This document shows, piece by piece, positions 58,587 to 64,000 of a stretch of DNA of 64,000 bases (positions within the stretch are counted from its first letter, which is position 1; each line of letters starts with the position of its first letter). Source of the stretch: an uncultured Candidatus Saccharibacteria bacterium (GTDB lineage Bacteria; Patescibacteriota; Saccharimonadia; Saccharimonadales; CAZJQT01); assembly GCA_964548655.1 (NCBI GenBank), contig CAZJQT010000002.1, positions 15,901-79,900 of the forward strand. The letters run 5' to 3'. The notes beneath the pieces were generated by a model. The model searched no databases. It was not told the DNA's origin and was given only the letters and a program-made list of their open reading frames with translations. A program made the position numbers and the translations under genes.

Positions 58587-61100
58587 TTAAATTCTAACAG
58601 CTTTTAGTTTTTCATTGGCAGCTTCGGCGACTTCGTCAAGAATTTTTGCAACTTCGGGATCAGTCAAAGTCTTTTCATAAGAAGCAATCTTTATCCGGAA
58701 ACTGACTTGCTTGTGGGTTTGGTCATCGTCACGTTGGAAGATATCTAAAGGTTTGGTCTCTACTAAAAAACCCCGTCCGGCCAAGTTGTCTTTGACTAGC
58801 CCAAATAATTGGCTAAAACCGACTGAAGTTTTAACTCTAAGAGTAATGTCCTGCTGGACGCTAGGATAACGCGACAGCGGCGTATAGCTGGAGGTTGTCT
58901 CAAACAACAACTGAAGCCTGCCAAGATCTAGCTCAAAACCAGAGCTAAACGTAGGTAGTTTTAGATTTTTAGTTACACCCGGCTTGAATTCACCAACAAT
59001 GCCAACCCATTGTTCGTTAATAGTAATAAATCCAGTCCGGGACTTCTCGAAAGGCGCCAATAGTTGACGACCTTGGGCAAATTTTGGTTCGTGATACGGT
59101 TCTATAGCATAATTAACCCCTAAGTTATCTAACAGCTCAGCTAAGAACCTCAGGGCTTGGTAATATGGCGCGCCACCGTAGCTTGACTGGACAGTCTTGT
59201 CATCAGCAGCAAAAACCAGCGCTAAACGCTCTTCTTCGGCTGGAACGTCTGGTTCGTCTTTGTCCAGCAGACCCTTAATATGAGCTTTGCCAATTTCGAA
59301 CAAGGCAAATTCGCTATGACCAGTTTTGATGTTCGGATGAACTTTATCTAGCAAGCTGGGCGTTAAGCTCATGCGGTAGTATTGCAGATCTGGGCTAATC
59401 GCATTGCTCAACTGGAAAGCCAGTTTGCGGTCTTGACTAACCCTTTCCAGTAAGTTTCCGTGTACAAAACTGTAGGTTAGCACTTCATTGGCGCCAGCCC
59501 GGCTCATAATATGCCTGATTCGTGACTTAAAGCTAAGTTTAGCGTCTGGTTTGGTGGCTGTTAGATCGCGTTTAGGCAGTTCCAACGGCAAATGATCATA
59601 ACCATACAAACGCCCTATTTCCTCAACGATGTCTTCAGGGATTTCTATGTCCGTACGCCAGAATGGTGGCGTAATCAAAAGTTGCTTGCCAGATGTTTTT
59701 AGTAGCTTAAACTCGACGTTTTCCAGTAGTTTAGCCATGGTGCTAATGGGCAGCTTTAGACCCAAGCGTTCATTGACAAAGTCCGGGTCAACTTTGAGCG
59801 AACCTACCTCTGGGCGTTTTGGAAAATTGTCATGGACAAATTCTGAAGCCTGACCGCTGGCATACTTTTGAGTTTCAGAAACAGCAAAAGCTAGGACATG
59901 GTTACATTGCAGGCTACTCTGACCTTTATTGAACCGAGTAACAGCGTCTGTAAATAGGCCGTGTTCCATAGCCGTGCGCCGGATGGCGTACATGTCAAAG
60001 TTAGCGCACTCCAGTACTATTGTCTTGGTATTCTCATCAACCTCAGTGTCAGCCCCACCCATAACACCACCTAATCCAATCGCTACTTTGTCGGTCGCGA
60101 TCACGATGTCTGATTCGTTGGCGGTCACTTCCTTACCGCCCAGCAAGCGCAATTTTTCGCCTTTGTTAGCCAACCGGGCTTCAATAGCCGGTTTATCGCC
60201 ACTCAACAGCTTTAGCTTGTCATAGTCATAGGCGTGCAATGGCTGCCCCGTCAGATACATCACATAGTTAGTAATATCGACAATAACATTGATAGGCCTG
60301 ATACCTACCCGGCTCAGGTAAGTTTGTAACCAAAGCGGACTAGGCCGCTTGGCCTCGACGTTTTCAACTATCTGGACCATAAGTCGTGGTACTAACTTAG
60401 GAATATGGTTGACTACTTTTAGCATTGGGTCGTTGCCGGTTTTGGGAGTTGTCGTGTTGGCCAAATACCATTTGGGCGACTCAAATGACTGATGATTAAT
60501 ACCGGCTATTTCGCGGGCCACGCCTAAAATACCGAACAAATCTGGCCGGTGGGTGAACATTTTGTTTTCTATATCAATAACGTAATCATTCAAACCATAA
60601 GCCTTGGCAAAATCATCACCGGGCTTAGCGTCCAACGGGTCAACATCTAATATACCACTGTGGTCTTCACTAATCGCTAGCTCATGGGCGCTAGCCAGCA
60701 TACCATTACTGACTTCACCACGAATCTCGCGAGCCTCTAATATCAGCGGTTCTTTATCAATGGTGGCTGGCACAGTTGAACTGGGCGGCAGCCAGGCTGC
60801 CAACATGCCAGCGTGGACATTCGGTGCCCCGCAAACCACCTGGACTAGACCATTGGTGTCACGTCTAACGTGCTTGGCCTGGCGACCATCATCAACTTTG
60901 CAAAGACTGAGCTTGTCAGCATTGGGATGTTTTTCGCACTCAACCACTTTGACCACAATGATACCTTGGTATTTTTTGCCCAGGTCAATAACCTCTTCAA
61001 CTGCCCCCAGCTGGGCACCGATTTTCTCTACCAGCTTATCAATCGGCTGATCCAGCTCTTTGCCGCCAAACCACTTCATCCAACTAACGCTAATCTTCAT
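58587..61100 (-). CDS. pheT: phenylalanine--tRNA ligase beta subunit
   Basis: 837 aa with tRNA-binding, B3/4, B5 and FDX-ACB domain order. 4-nt overlap with pheS. Confidence 0.95.
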   Translation of the reverse strand: MKISVSWMKWFGGKELDQPIDKLVEKIGAQLGAVEEVIDLGKKYQGIIVVKVVECEKHPNADKLSLCKVDDGRQAKHVRRDTNGLVQVVCGAPNVHAGMLAAWLPPSSTVPATIDKEPLILEAREIRGEVSNGMLASAHELAISEDHSGILDVDPLDAKPGDDFAKAYGLNDYVIDIENKMFTHRPDLFGILGVAREIAGINHQSFESPKWYLANTTTPKTGNDPMLKVVNHIPKLVPRLMVQIVENVEAKRPSPLWLQTYLSRVGIRPINVIVDITNYVMYLTGQPLHAYDYDKLKLLSGDKPAIEARLANKGEKLRLLGGKEVTANESDIVIATDKVAIGLGGVMGGADTEVDENTKTIVLECANFDMYAIRRTAMEHGLFTDAVTRFNKGQSSLQCNHVLAFAVSETQKYASGQASEFVHDNFPKRPEVGSLKVDPDFVNERLGLKLPISTMAKLLENVEFKLLKTSGKQLLITPPFWRTDIEIPEDIVEEIGRLYGYDHLPLELPKRDLTATKPDAKLSFKSRIRHIMSRAGANEVLTYSFVHGNLLERVSQDRKLAFQLSNAISPDLQYYRMSLTPSLLDKVHPNIKTGHSEFALFEIGKAHIKGLLDKDEPDVPAEEERLALVFAADDKTVQSSYGGAPYYQALRFLAELLDNLGVNYAIEPYHEPKFAQGRQLLAPFEKSRTGFITINEQWVGIVGEFKPGVTKNLKLPTFSSGFELDLGRLQLLFETTSSYTPLSRYPSVQQDITLRVKTSVGFSQLFGLVKDNLAGRGFLVETKPLDIFQRDDDQTHKQVSFRIKIASYEKTLTDPEVAKILDEVAEAANEKLKAVRI

Positions 61101-62137
61101 GAAAATTGCCTCAAGAAGTCCAGCTTGCCGGATTCAAAATGGCGGATGTCCTCAATGTCGTATTTCATCATGACCAAGCGGTCGATGCCACCACCCCAGG
61201 CAAAACCGGTGTATTTGGTAGGGTCGATGCCGGCCATTTTGAGAACATTCGGATGGATCATGCCGCAACCTAGCAGTTCAATCCAGCCAGAATAGCTACA
61301 GACGTTACAGCCCTTTTTATCACAAAACGGACAACTCAGTGCAAACTCAAAACTCGGTTCAGTAAACGGGAAGTAAAATGGTTGAGTTTTAACTTCTAGT
61401 TGCTTGCTGTAATACTCCTGCAAGAATGTTTTGAGGGTAGCTATAAGATGTCCGGCGTGGATACCCTTACCCACCACCACGCCTTCTAGCTGGTAAAACG
61501 TGTGCTCATGCCTGGCATCCAAGTCTTCATTCCTAAAGACTCGTCCAGGTATTACAACCCTAATATCTTGGCCGTTTTCCAGATCTGCCTTGTGGGCTTT
61601 GAGCACACGGTGCTGCATAGTGCTGGTGTGGGCTGGAGCTATTAGGCCCTCGGTTGTTATAAAAGTATCGTAGTCATCACGGGCCGGGTGGCCTTCAGGA
61701 AAGTTCAAGCTGGTAAACATATGGAAGTCATCATCCAGCTGGCGTGATTCTACCGCCATAAAGCCCATGCGGTAAAAAATATCCAAAATCGTTTCTAACT
61801 CGGTCATCAACGGATGTTTGCTGCCGTGGTCGCTAGTCAGGAGTTCTGGCTTTTTATCAGCCGGCACATTGGTATCAAACGGTGCCGTGACATCAATTGG
61901 ACTCAGATCAGTTTGTTTTGCACTTGTCGCCTCTTCAATCAGGGCTTGGAGCTCAGCTTTGAGCTCATTAACTTCACGACCAAACTGGCTGCGTTGGTTC
62001 TTGGGCAAAAGCGCTAGCTCTTCATAAAGCGCCTTCAATTCAACCGCCCTTAAAATATCGGCTTTGTTTTCCAGCTCAGCTAGACGTTTTTTGAGCAATT
62101 CAGCAGCCTTAGCAATTTGCTTATGATTGTATCCCAT
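61097..62137 (-). CDS. pheS: phenylalanine--tRNA ligase alpha subunit
   Basis: Class II motifs ...HPARD..DTF..., FRNE, GFAWGGGIDRL. Confidence 0.95.
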   Translation of the reverse strand: MGYNHKQIAKAAELLKKRLAELENKADILRAVELKALYEELALLPKNQRSQFGREVNELKAELQALIEEATSAKQTDLSPIDVTAPFDTNVPADKKPELLTSDHGSKHPLMTELETILDIFYRMGFMAVESRQLDDDFHMFTSLNFPEGHPARDDYDTFITTEGLIAPAHTSTMQHRVLKAHKADLENGQDIRVVIPGRVFRNEDLDARHEHTFYQLEGVVVGKGIHAGHLIATLKTFLQEYYSKQLEVKTQPFYFPFTEPSFEFALSCPFCDKKGCNVCSYSGWIELLGCGMIHPNVLKMAGIDPTKYTGFAWGGGIDRLVMMKYDIEDIRHFESGKLDFLRQFS

Positions 62138-62175
62138 GCTTATTAGCAGTATAACATCTGTTAGGGAGTCTAAGA

Positions 62176-62697
62176 ATGGAAATTAAGATTCATCAGCCGC
62201 CGTATTTAGAATCTATACCAGAAACAGACAAAGTAATCTTTTTAGCTGGACCAATTCAGGGTGCCCCAGATTGGCAAGCTGAGGTTATAGATATTTTTCG
62301 CAGCTTGCCTCTCTCTGTTCCAACACTACGTTTTGCAAATCCTAGGCGTGGTGGCTTGGATGAAGACTTTAACTATCGGATACAAACCCGTTGGGAAAGA
62401 AAGCATTTATTTAGATCTATGAAGCTCGGTGCTAGTCTATTCTGGCTAGCCTGCAAAGATGAGTCCTTGCCCTACAAAACGGGCAGAGCCTATGGCCAAA
62501 CAACCCGGTTTGAGATGGCTATGGCCTACACCCGGGCTTTGACTGACAAGTCGGTGCATATTAGTTTTGGGATGGAAGAAGGTTATAAAGGAAGTGAAAA
62601 ATACTATCTCGATTTAGCTGATGAACTGAGTCTGCCTGTGCATAGTAGCCTAGAAATGGTCACGCTGGACGCATACAGGCACATCGATACAAGCTAA
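62176..62697 (+). CDS. nucleoside 2-deoxyribosyltransferase-like protein (tentative)
   Basis: N-terminal VIFLAGPIQGAPDW resembles the NDT/DNPH1-like Rossmann motif; the rest is unassigned. Confidence 0.5.
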   Translation: MEIKIHQPPYLESIPETDKVIFLAGPIQGAPDWQAEVIDIFRSLPLSVPTLRFANPRRGGLDEDFNYRIQTRWERKHLFRSMKLGASLFWLACKDESLPYKTGRAYGQTTRFEMAMAYTRALTDKSVHISFGMEEGYKGSEKYYLDLADELSLPVHSSLEMVTLDAYRHIDTS

Positions 62698-62726
62698 CAC
62701 TTGCGTACCAGGAGTACAATATTAGC

Positions 62727-63137
62727 ATGAGCGTTATGCTCGATCCGCCTAAACTAGGCCAAATAAAAACTTCAAATCCTAATGAAACCAACTTCTGGCG
62801 AAAGGTTGAGTTGCCATTGCCCGGGATTATGACTGCTGGCCAGCGTAGATTACTAATTATAGGCAATGTCATCGTGTTCCAGTTATCTAATGGCAACCCT
62901 GAGCTAGAGATTGATTATACCTACCAGAAAAACGAAAAAGACAAGTTGATAGTCGCTAAACTTGGTGGTTTATCGACTGTTCAGGCTTTATCTGAACCGT
63001 ATAACTTATTCATCTTCAAGACTGAAGATTTCGATCTTGGTGCCTGGAATCAAGTTAGCCAGCTTTTGCAAAGCCAATCTTACGTATCAGCCGAAGGCTT
63101 CCTAAGCTTACCCGGCCAAGCAAACCTCGCCGCTTAA
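62727..63137 (+). CDS. hypothetical protein (136 aa)
   Basis: ORF only. Confidence 0.55.
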   Translation: MSVMLDPPKLGQIKTSNPNETNFWRKVELPLPGIMTAGQRRLLIIGNVIVFQLSNGNPELEIDYTYQKNEKDKLIVAKLGGLSTVQALSEPYNLFIFKTEDFDLGAWNQVSQLLQSQSYVSAEGFLSLPGQANLAA

Positions 63138-63142
63138 GTACC

Positions 63143-63388
63143 TTAGGCGATGAATTCGTTGTGTACGGCTGCCGAGTCTCTATCACTAGCAAGACTACCG
63201 TCAGGCTTTTCATCAAAAAGACTAGTAGGCGAGTCAAGCCTAGCGTTTGGGTTAACTAAGAAGGGGTTAAAGACTTTAACCCATATACCGGAATTGTCGT
63301 CTTCAAAATCAAGTGGGCCACCGTTGTAAAAACGTTCCGGGTTCTGGCGGGTATCCCACTCGCCACTTTCAAATCTACTAACTGACAT
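63143..63388 (-). CDS. hypothetical small protein (81 aa)
   Basis: TAATG coupling with the upstream 75-aa ORF. Confidence 0.55.
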   Translation of the reverse strand: MSVSRFESGEWDTRQNPERFYNGGPLDFEDDNSGIWVKVFNPFLVNPNARLDSPTSLFDEKPDGSLASDRDSAAVHNEFIA

Positions 63389-63615
63389 TACGCGTCCTCC
63401 TCAGTAGTAGAACCTTGATTCCACAGCTCATCGCTTTGGGCGTCCAACTCTGCTTGAACAGCACGGTCGGCACGAGCATCACGGTCAAGATCTAAATCAT
63501 CACCAACAGCAACAGCTTCATCGGCTGGCAACTCATCGCCAAGACCTTCTTTGGCTAATAGCTCTTCCCAATCAGCGGCAACTGATTCGTATTCTGGGTT
63601 ATGTCGTGGGCTCAT
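63388..63615 (-). CDS. hypothetical highly acidic protein (75 aa)
   Basis: AAGGAG SD before the ATG; roughly one third of residues are D/E. Confidence 0.6.
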   Translation of the reverse strand: MSPRHNPEYESVAADWEELLAKEGLGDELPADEAVAVGDDLDLDRDARADRAVQAELDAQSDELWNQGSTTEEDA

Positions 63616-63662
63616 AGTATTCTCCTTAACTTTCCATATTTTAATCTAAATCTTCTAGTTTG

Positions 63663-64000
63663 TCAAATGTCTAGGCTATCATCGATTATCTTTTGGGCAA
63701 CTTGTATCATGGCATGTTTCACTTTGTCGCCTAAATCTTCCAGGGTTTGTTCGTCCCACTTGCTCAGGAGAGCTTCGTTAGGTGTATACGACTCTTTTGT
63801 AACACCAATTACGGCCGGGCTTTTGATGGCGTATACCTTGGACCATAGAATCTCACCATCAGCATCAACGTCTTGTTCCACCTCACTGTCGGCGGCTACG
63901 CCAGCGTTGTACACCCTAAACACTAGTCCGCTTTCCCCGTCAATCGCTCCTGCAAAGGACCTATGGTGAAAGCTCCTTTTGGCTATAAAATCTTTGTCAA
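63663..64000 (-). CDS. hypothetical acidic protein, N-terminus outside window
   Basis: The track ORF 63663..63923 starts at a GTG, but by my reading the frame stays open to the window edge. Confidence 0.45.
   Translation of the reverse strand, partial: DKDFIAKRSFHHRSFAGAIDGESGLVFRVYNAGVAADSEVEQDVDADGEILWSKVYAIKSPAVIGVTKESYTPNEALLSKWDEQTLEDLGDKVKHAMIQVAQKIIDDSLDI

Noticed and set aside
63601-63969. 122-aa plus-strand ORF at the right edge
   Set aside because: Its Ser/Leu/Cys-rich composition is typical of an antisense frame. The opposite-strand ORF matches the acidic character and coupling of its neighbours.
1-64000. Alternative genetic code (UGA recoding, as in some CPR lineages); CRISPR arrays; IS elements, integrases or prophage
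   Set aside because: Long housekeeping ORFs are intact under the standard code, and several end in TGA (for example hisS and gap). I saw no regularly spaced short repeats and no transposase-, integrase- or phage-like ORFs anywhere in the window.

Overview
This 64-kb window is almost entirely housekeeping genes, about 80% of them on the minus strand. It uses the standard genetic code, because TGA works as a stop codon. GC content looks mid-40s % by eye. Many adjacent genes are coupled by ATGA or TAATG overlaps. The gene content suggests a small-genome Patescibacteria/CPR organism resembling Saccharibacteria; this is inference only.

Recognisable genes:
- Translation and tRNA: hisS, tRNA-Leu(TAG), tyrS, pheST, gatC-gatA-(extra ORF)-gatB, rplS, rsmD, and a TrmH-family methyltransferase.
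- Replication, repair and transcription: recG, radA, uvrB, dnaE, rnhB, nusA.
- Chaperones, proteases and envelope: clpC, pepN, a class A PBP, and a PilB-like ATPase.
- Sugar-phosphate block (46947..53856): pfkB-family kinase, fba, a DMT permease, split transketolase, rpe, rpiB, gap.
- Others: malic enzyme, ppa, trxB with a glutaredoxin-like gene, a MarR regulator, two Nudix genes, and an FKBP isomerase.

I found no CRISPR array, transposase, integrase, phage genes or obvious defence island.

Observations most worth a second look:
1. A diverged dead copy of the uvrB 3' end forms a direct repeat with the real one. Together they bracket a single lipoprotein gene, which looks like a recombination or insertion scar.
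2. A perfect CIRCE (HrcA operator) palindrome sits on the clpC promoter.
3. Several long, highly structured intergenic elements have no recognisable family (56124..56291, 44867..44998, 52743..52833, and the spacer downstream of the tRNA-Leu 3' end).
4. A translationally coupled pair of an unknown 418-aa protein and a TIGR00725/SLOG-like protein.
5. A 788-aa orphan protein with its own consensus promoter.
6. A run of small acidic orphan proteins next to a nucleoside deoxyribosyltransferase-like gene at the right edge.

None of these is demonstrably a new system from sequence alone.
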